Shown piece after piece: positions 33,301-43,814 of a stretch of 64,000 nucleotides of DNA. The notes beneath the pieces are model-generated. The model ran no database searches. It was not told where the DNA came from and saw nothing but the letters and a program-made list of their open reading frames with translations. Source of the DNA: Gammaproteobacteria bacterium (GTDB taxonomy: Bacteria; Pseudomonadota; Gammaproteobacteria; G965277405). Both the position numbers and the translations under genes were made by a program. The stretch lies in assembly GCA_965277405.1 (NCBI GenBank), contig OZ255726.1, forward strand, positions 800,001-864,000, written 5' to 3'. Numbering within the stretch: position 1 is the stretch's first letter; each line of letters opens with the position of its first letter.

Positions 33301-33777
33301 TTCGTCTGGTTTTGCATCAAGCAAACGTGTAATCATCCCTTGCTCAATTATGGCATAACTGCGCGGACCTAACCCCGTCCCCAGAAAAAGACTAATCACG
33401 TCTTTGCGGCGGCAGCGTTGCCCGTTTAGCACGTAGCTATTGTTGCCTTCGCTGTTGATTTCTCGTTTGACTGCAATCTCAGCAAAATTAGCAAACTCGC
33501 CACCTATCCGTCCTTCACTGTTATCAAACAATAATTCAACAGAAGCCATGCTAATTGCTTTGCGGCTGGCAGATCCATGAAAAATAACCGCCGTGCTGTC
33601 TTTGCCGCGTAATTGTCTTGCAGAGCTTTCACCAAGCACCCAACGTACTGCATCAATTATATTAGATTTGCCACAGCCATTTGGCCCAACAATGCCTGAA
33701 AGATCATTGGGTACATCAATCAGGGTTGGCTCAGCAAAGGATTTGAAACCCGCTATTCGAATAGATTGAAGACGCAT
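30337..33777 (-). CDS. smc: Chromosome segregation protein SMC
   Basis: GFKSF, GPNGCGKSN, long coiled coils, LSGGEK, LDEVDAPLD. Confidence 0.96.
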   Translation of the reverse strand: MRLQSIRIAGFKSFAEPTLIDVPNDLSGIVGPNGCGKSNIIDAVRWVLGESSARQLRGKDSTAVIFHGSASRKAISMASVELLFDNSEGRIGGEFANFAEIAVKREINSEGNNSYVLNGQRCRRKDVISLFLGTGLGPRSYAIIEQGMITRLLDAKPDELRGFLEEAAGISIYKERRRETEISIRHTQENLERLNDIRNEVDTRMRALKRQSAEALQYRTLKHQHRQLKQTIAALALAVHTSNLTNNQLKHAESVAEKEKHTSALRQLENKKITHDQTHAKLQQRLDSGIANRQKISIQLTRAQEQRNASVTQKQQLEQQLQQHSNEYERVQQTITVDEAQLLDLQNNANTLQQQRDTQQQTLQQQRVDTEVKQQTFLTTRRRFDAAHAQVHQQKNQAEIARIQLEQLINTQTELTEKHTALTSKQFVDTQPLHQQVKKNEQQHANNNKQINTIEMQIRENDMRMRTSEHKVATLEKEQRTFYEELQITNGKRASIQVLLARDTKHVALEHPAWLTIIQVTAGWEIAFESVAAMFLQSYALTTNEQFKSLPNTPLAAIVLATHQPTTSATPLLSDVVAGPLPAHMGDYLVAQSLADAWQLQANITPQQVIVVKDGTLLGNNWIYKPQQMNAASTAIAQQAQLQQLTTRADTLTGRIEEQLQLITHYRNRITSAKDTTSQQRLHLNTVQNANRDIQIQVSQLRSQIEKAESEQQRIATERERIDGQLQSIVSDINEKKLAWNAALQQATAHDADYQQLVALHQQYEREFASSNKLLQQHQTEFHAVDKQLSTSTQTITNVAQSVARAREQQQRHQQHIEDINTQLVAVRNQPESINAAIQQLLSEHVLAEEHVKNCQHDLQQCKAELQENSKNIATATAAIATCVQRISQLEVQQAVFATEQKNIQQQFVNVDLHAALKDIDSSKPIETYQQQSERVDAKLQKMGNVNLVADTEYQTEFERKVYLDCQYDDLTQSIDKLESAIIKINKETRETFANIFAQVNASLNTLFPTIFGGGEARLALTDSDLLTAGVQVIAQPPGKRAVQITQLSGGEKTMVAIALIFALFKLNPAPFCLLDEVDAPLDDVNVIRFCDLLKEITKQVQCILITHNKTTMENMQSLLGVTMYESGVSRIVGVDIHQALEMAEA

Positions 33778-33823
33778 AGAAATGAATGGAAAAATTAAAA
33801 GGTAAATTTAAACTAAGGAACAT

Positions 33824-34834
33824 ATGCATATCTTACTTATTAAAACATCTTCGCTAGGAGACATAGTTCATACTTTGCCAGCAATCTCTGATATTGCCAA
33901 GCACGTTGAACATGTCTGTATAGATTGGGTAGTAGAGCCAAATTTTTTGCCGCTGGCGCAATTACATCCTGCTGTACGCCATTGCTATGGACTACCCTTG
34001 CGAAAATATCGCCAGACCCCATGGAAATTGTGGCAACACATCCTACCTATTCGCGCCATACACTATGATTTTATAATTGATGCGCAAGGCATTATATGTA
34101 AAAGCGCGGTGCTGGGAACGCTATTGCACGGACCTGTGCATGGATATGACAGGCATAGTATCCGTGAACCGCTCGCAACATTATTGTACCAGCACCGACA
34201 CAGCGTTGATAAGTCCCAACATGCTGTTGAACGTACTAGAGCATTGTGCGCACAAACGTGTATGTATACTGGTGCTGACGATGCAAGTAATTTCTCTTGG
34301 GGAATACCAAACACCCGACAGCGTCAAGCGTATGGAGTTTTTATTCACGCCAGCAGTTGGCCTGAAAAAAGCTGGCAACAGCAAGCATGGGTCGACCTAG
34401 CGCAGCAGCTTAGCCCAACTCCAATTTTCCTCCCTTGGGGTAATGAGAGAGAACAGCAACAAGCGATAAATATTGCCAAGCATGCCAACAATGTTACCGT
34501 GCTTGCTAACATGGATATCGCAGCAATCATCGACTTGCTGGCAACAGCAAAATTCTGCGTTAGCCTCGATACTGGATTAAGCCATATTGCCGCCATGCTC
34601 AACACCCCGCAAGTTAGCCTATATCCTGCAACCAGCCCAAAACTTACTGGGGTGCTGGGGGGACAACAAATAGCTATTTCTCCACGCAAGCCACAATATA
34701 AAAAATCAATCGCCGTGCTTGATGCCAGTGTGAAAACCACACACCGGCAATTGCACATTACTCAAGTAGACGAAATTAGTGTTGCTGCAGTGCTCAACCA
34801 ATTACAGCTACTCCTCAAATACTCAAAGAGTTAA
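33824..34834 (+). CDS. waaC: Lipopolysaccharide heptosyltransferase I
   Basis: KTSSLGDIVHTLPA, IDAQG..KSA, HAVERTR, LPWG, DTGLSH. Confidence 0.92.
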   Translation: MHILLIKTSSLGDIVHTLPAISDIAKHVEHVCIDWVVEPNFLPLAQLHPAVRHCYGLPLRKYRQTPWKLWQHILPIRAIHYDFIIDAQGIICKSAVLGTLLHGPVHGYDRHSIREPLATLLYQHRHSVDKSQHAVERTRALCAQTCMYTGADDASNFSWGIPNTRQRQAYGVFIHASSWPEKSWQQQAWVDLAQQLSPTPIFLPWGNEREQQQAINIAKHANNVTVLANMDIAAIIDLLATAKFCVSLDTGLSHIAAMLNTPQVSLYPATSPKLTGVLGGQQIAISPRKPQYKKSIAVLDASVKTTHRQLHITQVDEISVAAVLNQLQLLLKYSKS

Positions 34835-34839
34835 AATAC

Positions 34840-35775
34840 ATGAACCCCCAAGAGTGGCACAGAACCGCAGTCCTTCATGGCAAAGTACGGTCAATTATTG
34901 AGCTACCACACCACTATAAAGCACTCGTTGTTAGCGACCGTATTTCAGCATTCGACCAAGTGTTCGGTGAGATTAAAGGCAAGGGGCAAATACTCAACCA
35001 ATTAGCTGTCTGGTGGTTCAAACGCATGCCAGCAGATATCCCGCATCATTTTGTTGCCAGCCCACACCCGCAGATAACAATTGTCAAAGCGGCAGATGTT
35101 ATTCCGTTAGAAATAATTGTGCGCGGCTATCTTACTGGCACAACGCCGACCTCAGCGTGGCATCATTATCAACATAACCATCGCCAAATATGCGGTCTGA
35201 CGATGCCTGCAGGGATGCAAAAAAACCAACCGTTCGCTACGCCAATCATCACGCCAACGACGAAACCCGCGCTTGGAAGTAATGCCCATGACCTACCAAT
35301 CTCCGCAGCACAAATTGTGGCGCAGGGCATCGTTGCTGCACCACAATGGCAGCGGCTAGCAGAATATGCCATGCAGCTATTCAATTGGGGGCAGCAACTC
35401 GCAGCACGGCGGGGGTTGATTTTGGCGGATACAAAATATGAAATGGGCGTAGACGTCGATGGCAAGCTGATGTTCATCGATGAAATACATACGCCTGATA
35501 GCTCGCGGTATTGGTTAGCGAGTAGTTACTCAGCTTTGTTGACGCAAGGGAAAGACCCAGAAAATTTGGACAAAGACTTTTTCCGCAAGATGGTCATTGC
35601 GCAAGGGGGCAGCCCTGAGCAATTACAACAAAATCTAGCAGCATGGATGACCCCGGAACTGCAACAACAATGTTATCAAAAATACTCAAAGCTATATGAA
35701 ATTATAACAGGAGATAAATTTTTTTATGACCCAGCGCCGCTGGATTTAGCAACAGCACTCGCTGAATATTTGTGA
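34840..35775 (+). CDS. purC: SAICAR synthase
   Basis: GKVR, SDRISAFD, EIIVRGYLTG, ITPTTK, LADTKYEMG, DEIHTPDSSRYW. Confidence 0.95.
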   Translation: MNPQEWHRTAVLHGKVRSIIELPHHYKALVVSDRISAFDQVFGEIKGKGQILNQLAVWWFKRMPADIPHHFVASPHPQITIVKAADVIPLEIIVRGYLTGTTPTSAWHHYQHNHRQICGLTMPAGMQKNQPFATPIITPTTKPALGSNAHDLPISAAQIVAQGIVAAPQWQRLAEYAMQLFNWGQQLAARRGLILADTKYEMGVDVDGKLMFIDEIHTPDSSRYWLASSYSALLTQGKDPENLDKDFFRKMVIAQGGSPEQLQQNLAAWMTPELQQQCYQKYSKLYEIITGDKFFYDPAPLDLATALAEYL

Positions 35776-35788
35776 TATTGCACACTAA

Positions 35789-36073
35789 GGAAGCTCTGAT
35801 TAAGTCGCTGATGGAGCGAGTTTGCCTGCAATTGCTGATGATTGCAAGGCGCATTCCGCAGGCGCATGCCGTAGCATATACGCCAAGGGATGCAACACAG
35901 CAAGTACCGCTTGTAGGCAAACCATCATATATTCAATAGAAGGCCGGGAAAAAACGCTGCGCTAACGTCGTTGCAGCACTTGATAATACCACCAGTATTA
36001 TCTGCGCACTGCGCCTAGTTATCATCAGCGTTTTTTCTCCGTCTCGCCCATCATGGACTTAATCAGAGCTTCC
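35789..36073 (+). mobile_element. MITE copy 4
   Basis: Perfect 16-bp TIRs and CTAA duplication; lies between convergent purC and tldD. Confidence 0.95.
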
Positions 36074-36154
36074 CTAACAAGCCACGCACTGCGGTTTATT
36101 TACACAGCAGTATACCTTGCTGCAACGCGTCTAAACAAATATCCACAGCCAAAT

Positions 36155-37579
36155 TTATGCTGTTCCGCCAACGACAACCTTGTCGATTTTAATAGTCGGC
36201 AGACCAACGCCAACAGGCACACTTTGGCCGTTCTTGCCACATGTGCCAATGCCAGGGTCGAATGCTAAATCGTTGGCAACCATGCTGACGTGTTGCATCA
36301 CATTTGGGCCATTGCCAGTTAAGGTTGCGCCTTTCACAGGCTTGGTTAATTTGCCGTTCTCTATTAACCACGCTTGGCTTGCTGAAAAAGTGAAGTTGCC
36401 AGAAGTGATATCTACTTGACCGCCGAGAAAATTGACAGCGTATAAACCTTTGTCAATCGAGGCAATAATTTCATCTTTATGGTGGGGGCCACCCAGCATA
36501 TAGGTATTGGTCATTCTTGGCATTGGCAAGTGGGAAAAACTTTCACGTCTGCCATTTCCTGTCGGCGCTTGTTTCATCAGCCGCGCACTCAATTTGTCTT
36601 GCATATAGCCGCGCAGTACGCCATTTTCAATCAATATGGTTTCTTGACTTGGGACACCTTCATCGTCTACTTGCAACGACCCGCGTCGGTTTGCTAGCGT
36701 ACCATTATCAATAACCGTGCATAGCTTAGAGGCAACCTGCTCACCAACGCGGTTACTAAATACCGAAGATTGCTTGCGGTTAAAATCTGCTTCTAGTCCA
36801 TGACCAACAGCCTCGTGCAATAAAATACCCGGCCAGCCGCTGCCGAGGACTACGGGCATCGAGCCTGCTGGTGCTGGATGTGCTTCAAGATTTATCCGTG
36901 CTTCACCTATAGCATCATCAACCATAGCTGTCAGTGACTGTTTCTGTATATGTGAAAATGGTGAGCGGCCGCCAATCCCAGCGTGACCGCTTTCTCTGCG
37001 ACCATGATGTGCTACGATGACATTAATCCCAATACGCAATAGTGGGCGCGCATCCGTAGCAAAATTTCCGTGGGTATCTAGTACACAAATATCTTCGTGA
37101 GAATCAACAATCTGCACGGTGCAATCAATAATCCTTGGCTCACGCGCACGCGCATACGCATCTAACTCATGGAGTAACGCTGCTCGTGCTGCTGCATCAG
37201 CAGGCTCTTGTTGGGCAGGGTATAAATCCAGTCGAGCACTATCTGAATATACAGGCTGGCGCAGGTTATCTGCTTGGATATGTTTGCGTATTTCACCAGC
37301 TTTTTTTGCAGCTTGCAGCATGTTTTTTACATCAAAATTGTGGGTGTAGGCAAACCCAGTTTTATCTTGGCAAACTGCACGAATACCACAGCCGCTCGAT
37401 GATGAATACGCTGAATGTTTGACCGCCTGTTCTTCAAGTGACAAACTCGATGAAGTCGCACGTTGTAAATAAATATCACCAAAGTCAATTTTTTGTGCGC
37501 TCAGCGCGTCGGCTACGTGATCTAAGTCTGTTCGATTGATACCAGCAAAAGAATTGTTCAAATCTATTTGGCTTTGCAT
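36155..37579 (-). CDS. tldD: Metalloprotease TldD
   Basis: GWPGILLHEAVGHGLEADFNRK, RRESFSHLPMPRMTNTY, CGKNGQSVPVGVG. Confidence 0.96.
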   Translation of the reverse strand: MQSQIDLNNSFAGINRTDLDHVADALSAQKIDFGDIYLQRATSSSLSLEEQAVKHSAYSSSSGCGIRAVCQDKTGFAYTHNFDVKNMLQAAKKAGEIRKHIQADNLRQPVYSDSARLDLYPAQQEPADAAARAALLHELDAYARAREPRIIDCTVQIVDSHEDICVLDTHGNFATDARPLLRIGINVIVAHHGRRESGHAGIGGRSPFSHIQKQSLTAMVDDAIGEARINLEAHPAPAGSMPVVLGSGWPGILLHEAVGHGLEADFNRKQSSVFSNRVGEQVASKLCTVIDNGTLANRRGSLQVDDEGVPSQETILIENGVLRGYMQDKLSARLMKQAPTGNGRRESFSHLPMPRMTNTYMLGGPHHKDEIIASIDKGLYAVNFLGGQVDITSGNFTFSASQAWLIENGKLTKPVKGATLTGNGPNVMQHVSMVANDLAFDPGIGTCGKNGQSVPVGVGLPTIKIDKVVVGGTA

Positions 37580-37670
37580 AATACAACACTCAATATAATA
37601 AACTATAGGGTTCCTCAGAGCGTCGGATTGCGACGCTCCAAATCCGCAATACTATCGAAACATAATCAAT

Positions 37671-39350
37671 ATGACAGATATACCGCAATGGCTTGCAGAT
37701 ATTCTACGCACGCGCCACATCAGCAGCGCCGATATTGACTATAAATTAGCAAACTTGCTGCCACCGCAAATGCTCGGCATCGATGCTGCCTGCACACTAT
37801 TGATCGACGCGCTGCGCGGCCATAAACGCATAGTCATCGTCGGTGACTACGATGTTGACGGGGCAACGGCTACTGTGGTGTTATTAGAAGCAATGGTCGC
37901 ACTTGGCTTTGAGCATGTAGAATTTTTAGTGCCAAATAGATTTACAGATGGCTATGGTCTCACCCCAAATATTGTCAGCAAAGCCAAGCAGCAATTTCAA
38001 GCAGACATCATTATCACTGTTGACAACGGGATTGCCTCGCACCACGGAGTGGACCATGCGCAATCGCTTGGCTGCAAAGTTATTATTACTGACCATCATT
38101 TACCTGGATTATCGCTGCCAGCAGCTGATGCCATTGTTAATCCAAATCAGCCAAATTGTCCTTTCGCCAGCAAGAATTTAGCTGGCGTAGGCGTCGCATT
38201 TTATCTGATGCTGGCGTTACGCAAAAAACTTCGTGAACAACAATGGTTTATGTTGCAGTCAATCCGTGAACCAAATCTTGCAGAGCAACTTGATTTAGTG
38301 GCATTGGGTACGGTTGCAGATATGGTGCCGCTGGATTATAACAACCGAGTTTTAGTCGCTGCTGGTTTGCGCCGTATCCAAAAGCAGACATCACGACCGG
38401 GTATCCTGCATTTATTGCGCAAATCTCAATGTGTCATTGCAGAAGTAGATGCCGAGACGATTAGTTTTCAAGTCGCCCCAAAAATAAATGCTGTTGGTCG
38501 TATGGCTGATATGACTATCGGCATCCGCTGCCTTGCGAGTAAACGCAGCAGTGAAGCACACTTACTCGCAGACGATTTGGTTAGATGTAACCACGAACGC
38601 CGCGCAACGCAAAAAAAAATGATGGGTGAAGCTCAACAGATTGTGTTGCAACTCAAACTTCCTGCAGACAATAGCCACCCAGCCATGTGTTTGTTTCAAG
38701 CAGATTGGCACCAAGGATTAACAGGATTGGTTGCCGGGCGGATTAAAGATATAGCCAACTGCCCAGTCGTAGTATTCGCCCAAGGAGATGACGGATGTAT
38801 AAAAGGCTCAGCGCGATCAATAAGCAGCGTGCACATTCGTGACACCCTCGAGGATATATTTGTTAATCACGCCAACTTAATCGAGCAATTCGGCGGCCAT
38901 GCCATGGCAGCAGGGTTAACAATTCGTCAACAACATTTTGCTAAGTTCTCTCAATTATTTTGTGACTACGTTGCCAAGCGTCGAGCAACCGCCAACGCCG
39001 TTGCTGTGCAACAACCAGATGCACGCTTGCCAGCACAAGCGTTGACGATTGAAAACGCTAGACTCATCAAACGATTAACCCCATGGGGAGTTGGTTTTGC
39101 GCCACCGTTGTTTGAAGGCGTGTTTATCGTACAATATCAAAACATTTGCGGTGGGCAGCATTTGCAATTGGTATTAACTACAGATACGGGGCCTGTCAGC
39201 GCGATTGCTTTTTTTATCGATGTCGCGCAATGGCACAACCGCGTTGCACAAGTCGCGGTAACCTATCGCTTGGGGATTAACCACTACAACGGTAGCAGCA
39301 AACTGCAGTTAATGTTGCAAACTGTCGAGCCGGTCGCGCCAGCCGAATAA
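37671..39350 (+). CDS. recJ: Single-stranded DNA exonuclease RecJ
   Basis: GDYDVDG, TVDNG, TDHH, GTVADMVPL, GSARS, GGHAMAAG. Confidence 0.96.
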   Translation: MTDIPQWLADILRTRHISSADIDYKLANLLPPQMLGIDAACTLLIDALRGHKRIVIVGDYDVDGATATVVLLEAMVALGFEHVEFLVPNRFTDGYGLTPNIVSKAKQQFQADIIITVDNGIASHHGVDHAQSLGCKVIITDHHLPGLSLPAADAIVNPNQPNCPFASKNLAGVGVAFYLMLALRKKLREQQWFMLQSIREPNLAEQLDLVALGTVADMVPLDYNNRVLVAAGLRRIQKQTSRPGILHLLRKSQCVIAEVDAETISFQVAPKINAVGRMADMTIGIRCLASKRSSEAHLLADDLVRCNHERRATQKKMMGEAQQIVLQLKLPADNSHPAMCLFQADWHQGLTGLVAGRIKDIANCPVVVFAQGDDGCIKGSARSISSVHIRDTLEDIFVNHANLIEQFGGHAMAAGLTIRQQHFAKFSQLFCDYVAKRRATANAVAVQQPDARLPAQALTIENARLIKRLTPWGVGFAPPLFEGVFIVQYQNICGGQHLQLVLTTDTGPVSAIAFFIDVAQWHNRVAQVAVTYRLGINHYNGSSKLQLMLQTVEPVAPAE

Positions 39351-39377
39351 TCCTTACAGTGCTGCGTATACTATAAG

Positions 39378-40172
39378 TTACTCGCCACTATCCCCCATCG
39401 CTGTGGTGCAAAACCCACCATCAACATACACGATTTGTCCAGTAATCCCGCTAGCAAGGTCTGAAGTTAAAAATGCCGCCGTATTCCCGATTTCTTCTGT
39501 AGTCACATTGCGACCAAGCGGCGCCCGTTGGGCGTTGTACCGCAACATCGATTTAAAATTATTAATACCAGCAGCTGCCAGTGTGCGCACCGGCCCCGCC
39601 GATATTCCATTCACACGAATATTTTCACGCCCCAAATCGCGTGCTAAATAACGAACGCTTGCCTCAAGACTGGCTTTGGCAAGCCCCATCACGTTATAAT
39701 TTGGCATCGTCAACACTGCGCCTAAATATGTCAAAGTTAAAATCGAGCCATTGGTGTTAGCCATCATTGGGCGCGCTGCCTGGGTGAGTGCAGTTAAACT
39801 ATACGCGCTAATATCATGGGCGATTTTAAACCCTTCCCGTGTCGTGACATCGGTATAATTACCATTGAGCTGTTCGCGTGGGGCAAAGCCAACCGCGTGC
39901 ACAAGTATGTCCACACCATCCCAATGTTTACCAAGTTGATTAAAAACGCTGGCAATATCTGCATCCTGTCCTACATCGCAGCGGAAACACAGCTGCGTCG
40001 AGCTGTGGCATTGTGCTGCTACTGCTTCAACCCGACTTTGCAGTTTTTCATTTTGATAGGTGAATGCGATTTTTGCGCCTTGCGCTGCCATTGCGTGGGC
40101 AATCCCTGTTGCAATCGATAGTTTGCTAGCAACACCAACGATGAGCGCGCGTTTCCCTGTTAAGAAGGTCAT
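39378..40172 (-). CDS. fabI: Enoyl-ACP reductase
   Basis: [35 protein letters not shown]. Confidence 0.96.
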   Translation of the reverse strand: MTFLTGKRALIVGVASKLSIATGIAHAMAAQGAKIAFTYQNEKLQSRVEAVAAQCHSSTQLCFRCDVGQDADIASVFNQLGKHWDGVDILVHAVGFAPREQLNGNYTDVTTREGFKIAHDISAYSLTALTQAARPMMANTNGSILTLTYLGAVLTMPNYNVMGLAKASLEASVRYLARDLGRENIRVNGISAGPVRTLAAAGINNFKSMLRYNAQRAPLGRNVTTEEIGNTAAFLTSDLASGITGQIVYVDGGFCTTAMGDSGE

Positions 40173-40248
40173 ATATACTCCTGTGAATGATATGATTTGT
40201 GCGCATACTACAATCTTTTTTAATCCGCCATCGTTATTGCGTTATTAG

Positions 40249-41205
40249 ATGTGCGGTACTAAATTATTTTACATACATTGTTTGCATGTGATCAAGTTGC
40301 GTAGCTATATTCTAGCGTATACGCCGCGTAGAATGGTGGCGACCAGCATACTTATTATACCCGTGGTCATTGTCCAAGCTGCTATCCAACAACAGCTATG
40401 GCAGCAAGGCGTATTGCTGGCAATAATTACTACGATTTGTGCTGTGACAGGATGGCTCGCTGAACGTCGCGGCAAATCGCTACAGCAATATTTTGTTGCC
40501 AGCGATAACGGCTGGCTGGTAACCGCGCTCATCCTCGCCGCTTGCCTACCACCGTTTATACCATGGTGGCTTGCAGCGATTGCAGCTGTGATAGCAATGA
40601 CGATTGGTAAACATTTATACCCCCTTGGGCGTAATATTTTTAACCCTGCTTTAGTCGGCTACGCCGCAGTACTGGTGTCGTTTCCTCAACTATTTATAGC
40701 AACCACTGCCGATGCTATTTCTGCACCAACACCATTGGATAGAGGGTTTGCAACCACAGTGACGCTAGCGCACCTGGCAGTAGCTGCCACTGCATTGCTA
40801 TCTGGTTTACTGCTGCTGTGGCTGCGAATTATCACGTGGGTCATCCCGTTTGCCGTGATAGTCAGCTGTGCGGTTGTGCTCGGCATCGAGCAGCAAATAT
40901 CGACAATAATTTTGCAAGATATTTGGCTAGGAGGGTTAATTTTCGCAGCATTTTTTGTTGCTACTGACCCGATAACTGCCCCTATTCACCCATGGGGCAA
41001 GGTAATTTTTGCTGCTGCCATTGGCGCACTCACGGCTATCGTGCGCTTGTATGGGGTATACCCAGAAGGGATAGCGTTTGCGATATTGATAATGAACTTT
41101 ATCGCGCCAGCATTAGACGACGCACTATATAGCGGCAAAGAAAAACGCCTGCGTAAATATTTTGACAACTTTAGCAGGGATAACAATAATCGCCGCAACA
41201 AGTAA
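40249..41205 (+). CDS. RnfD/NqrB-family membrane electron-transport subunit (start uncertain, possibly GTG at 40288)
   Basis: GKHLY.LGRNIFNPALVG, DAISAPTPL (flavinylation-like), FVATDPITAP, YPEGIAFAILIMN. Confidence 0.85.
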   Translation: MCGTKLFYIHCLHVIKLRSYILAYTPRRMVATSILIIPVVIVQAAIQQQLWQQGVLLAIITTICAVTGWLAERRGKSLQQYFVASDNGWLVTALILAACLPPFIPWWLAAIAAVIAMTIGKHLYPLGRNIFNPALVGYAAVLVSFPQLFIATTADAISAPTPLDRGFATTVTLAHLAVAATALLSGLLLLWLRIITWVIPFAVIVSCAVVLGIEQQISTIILQDIWLGGLIFAAFFVATDPITAPIHPWGKVIFAAAIGALTAIVRLYGVYPEGIAFAILIMNFIAPALDDALYSGKEKRLRKYFDNFSRDNNNRRNK

Positions 41206-41339
41206 ACAATTTCTACGCATAATAGCTGACATCAGTATAGCTGGCATCAGTCAAGTATCCGCGCTTTACTATAATCAATATATCATAATTAGACGCTATC
41301 ACGTCCATAGCTTGGTGGACATAATTTACTTATGTTTCG

Positions 41340-42823
41340 CGTTTGGAGGTGATGGTTCTAATACAAATTATGATAGGACAAAGGCGGTTACACATATAAA
41401 AGGTTTTGAAGCTGTTTTCAGTACTTCTATGGCAAACGCATTGAGTAATTCGGAAAAATCTTCACTTAGTGAAATTGCGACTCATACAACAGCTTATAAT
41501 ACAAGTGCGCAAAATTTTTTAAATGAGTATAGTGCACAAGCAAAAACATGGAAGATTGGGGATGGTGGTTCTCATACAGAAGGTACAACTGAAACAGAGC
41601 AATTTGCAAAAACTGTTTCGAGTTTAAAGAGTGATATTAGTAAATATCTGGATTCTAAGGGAATTAGTATAGATCAAAGCGCAATAGCTAAATTAGCAAC
41701 TCAGGTAGCTATTGGTTGGAAATTACCTACAGCAGTCACAGCACTTACAGGTGCGAGTGCTGGTGTAGAAGCGTCTCTGCATGGTGATACTGCATTAGCA
41801 GCTAAACAAAGTGAAATACAATCATTGCTAAGCAGTAAAGAGTTTTCCAATACAGTTGCAGAATCATTAAATAATTCTTTATCTAACTTAACTAGTGATA
41901 ATTTGGTTAAGACTTTTGGAATGACTGAGGAAAATGCTAATTCCTTAGTTGAATCAAATATACAAATGGATAGTGCATCAGAACAACTACTACGCTCAAC
42001 CCAAGCGTTAAGTGCTTTGGAAACAGTAAAAAGCAATACCTTTAAAGACGATGGACAAGTAACAATCGGTCAAACAGATGCGTTCTTAGATTATTTGAAT
42101 AATAGTCAGCAGCATCCAGATATAACATCAAGGGGCGATGCAGCAAGTTACGTTAATAATTTAATAAGAAGTGGACAATCTCAACAATTACAAGCGGATG
42201 CGCAGAGCTTCATTGAAGCGCGAATGAAATTTCAGATGGGAACAAATGTTGAGAAGGCGGCTAGTGAACAAATAACAAAAACACAAGAAGAGTTGAGCGA
42301 TCAGAGTAAATCAGTAGTTAAAATAGTGGGGGATGGTGTGGCAGAGACACAGAAGTCAGTAAGTGGTTTAGATAATCTAGGACAAAGGGTGGCGGCTGAT
42401 AATGCGGATACTAAGGTTCTATTAGAGACAAATCGTGTAACTACAAGTCAGAGTGGTGTAAATATTGTACCTCGTAGTGAAGCAAATCAAGCAGCACTAG
42501 AAGCTGCTAACAGTGATCATGTTACAGGAAACCCAACAGATCTTGTTGAAGAAATAATAGGGGACAATGTAAATGCATTTTTTAATCCACCTAAAGTAGA
42601 CAAAAATACAACACAAACCCCAGCCGTAAACTCTAATAATTTAGAAGGTAAGTATTTACGAGGTTATAAGTCTAAAGGTAATGATGATAGTGCTGCGACG
42701 GTTGTACCTGATAGTGAAGAAAATCTACCAGCACAAACAGCAGTTGACCTAAACACCGATGATTCGCGAAACACAAATTACCATAAAAATGATAAAGACA
42801 ATCCTTTGAATAAACCAAGGTGA
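41340..42823 (+). pseudogene. 5'-truncated AT-rich ORF resembling the C-terminal region of an F-type TraG mating-pair stabilisation protein
   Basis: Composition shifts near 41340; Ser/Thr/Asn/Gln-rich helical sequence with no credible start or RBS. The family call is by resemblance only. Confidence 0.4.
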
Positions 42824-42851
42824 TAGGAACATAAATAATGTTATATAATAT

Positions 42852-42879
42852 TTGTCAAGATATTAAAAGGTGTTATACT
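42852..42879 (+). promoter_or_regulatory. Putative sigma70 promoter
   Basis: TTGTCA, 16-nt spacer, TATACT with an extended TG; AGGAGG RBS before the ATG at 42952. Confidence 0.5.
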
Positions 42880-42951
42880 GTTGGGTTAGGTTGCTGTTAG
42901 TGACCCATAGGTTTTAATCCTAGGTATAGGGTTGATTGTTAGGAGGTTATT

Positions 42952-43701
42952 ATGAAAAAATTGAAAATTATAATTATATTGTCTATGTTGTTTCCTTTAA
43001 CTGTTGATGGTCGTGAAACTGTTGCTGAGCTTATAAAAAAACATGAGTTAATGCGTGGAGCAACACCAGCAGAAACATTTAAGAACTATCACGGCTTCAC
43101 TGTGCCAACAAAAGATTTTGTTAATAAAATTGATAAATATTGTGACAGTAAAATACCTGAATGTCTTGTAAATGCTAAAAAAAAATTAGCAAAGTATAAA
43201 TTAGAATTTCACGTTGTTAAAAGAACTGATGATGATTATATAGACTTTTTAAAAAACCGTGAAAAGTTTTGTAAAGTAACGGCAAGGGAAATGTGCGTGG
43301 AATCTAGCAACAAAAGATATAATAGTATATTGAGTTCGCAGCGTGTAAAGGCGTCCTTTAAATCATTGCGTGCGGCGTTTAAGCGTCATAAGGAAGCTAT
43401 TAAGAAATTGGGTAGGGCGTCAATCAAGCGGCATTTAACCAATGCTAACGCACGGATGAAACAAAGAATTTCAGAAAATACACCAGCTATGGTACAACGT
43501 GGTATTGCGTTAAACAATAAACTAAATGCTGATGCTCAAAGCGCAGGTATCAATGGTGCGGATATTAGCCAACCAGAAAAATCACAGCAAATGAATGATC
43601 GTATAACTGCTATGGGGCAAAATTTTGTTACTGAATCACATCAGAGGTTGGATAAAGGTCTTGCTGAAAAATTAGAAGCTGTTGATCGTGCTACAGAGTA
43701 A
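42952..43701 (+). CDS. Hypothetical exported basic protein
   Basis: Signal peptide MKKLKIIIILSMLFPLTVDG, strong RBS, two Cys pairs, helical Lys/Arg-rich body. Confidence 0.75.
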   Translation: MKKLKIIIILSMLFPLTVDGRETVAELIKKHELMRGATPAETFKNYHGFTVPTKDFVNKIDKYCDSKIPECLVNAKKKLAKYKLEFHVVKRTDDDYIDFLKNREKFCKVTAREMCVESSNKRYNSILSSQRVKASFKSLRAAFKRHKEAIKKLGRASIKRHLTNANARMKQRISENTPAMVQRGIALNNKLNADAQSAGINGADISQPEKSQQMNDRITAMGQNFVTESHQRLDKGLAEKLEAVDRATE

Positions 43702-43814
43702 TTGTTTTCGCTGTATTGGTTTTTAGAACTATATAGTGAGTTTAAGCTGCTTCATGTGAAAAAACGCTTAAAAACAGGAGCGCAGCGACTGCATTTTAGC
43801 AATGCTGCTTCTTT

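Noticed and set aside
37618-37638. GAGCGTCG-GATTG-CGACGCTC hairpin between divergent tldD and recJ
   Set aside because: It is a single 8-bp stem with no U-tract and no second copy, which is not enough to call a terminator or ncRNA.
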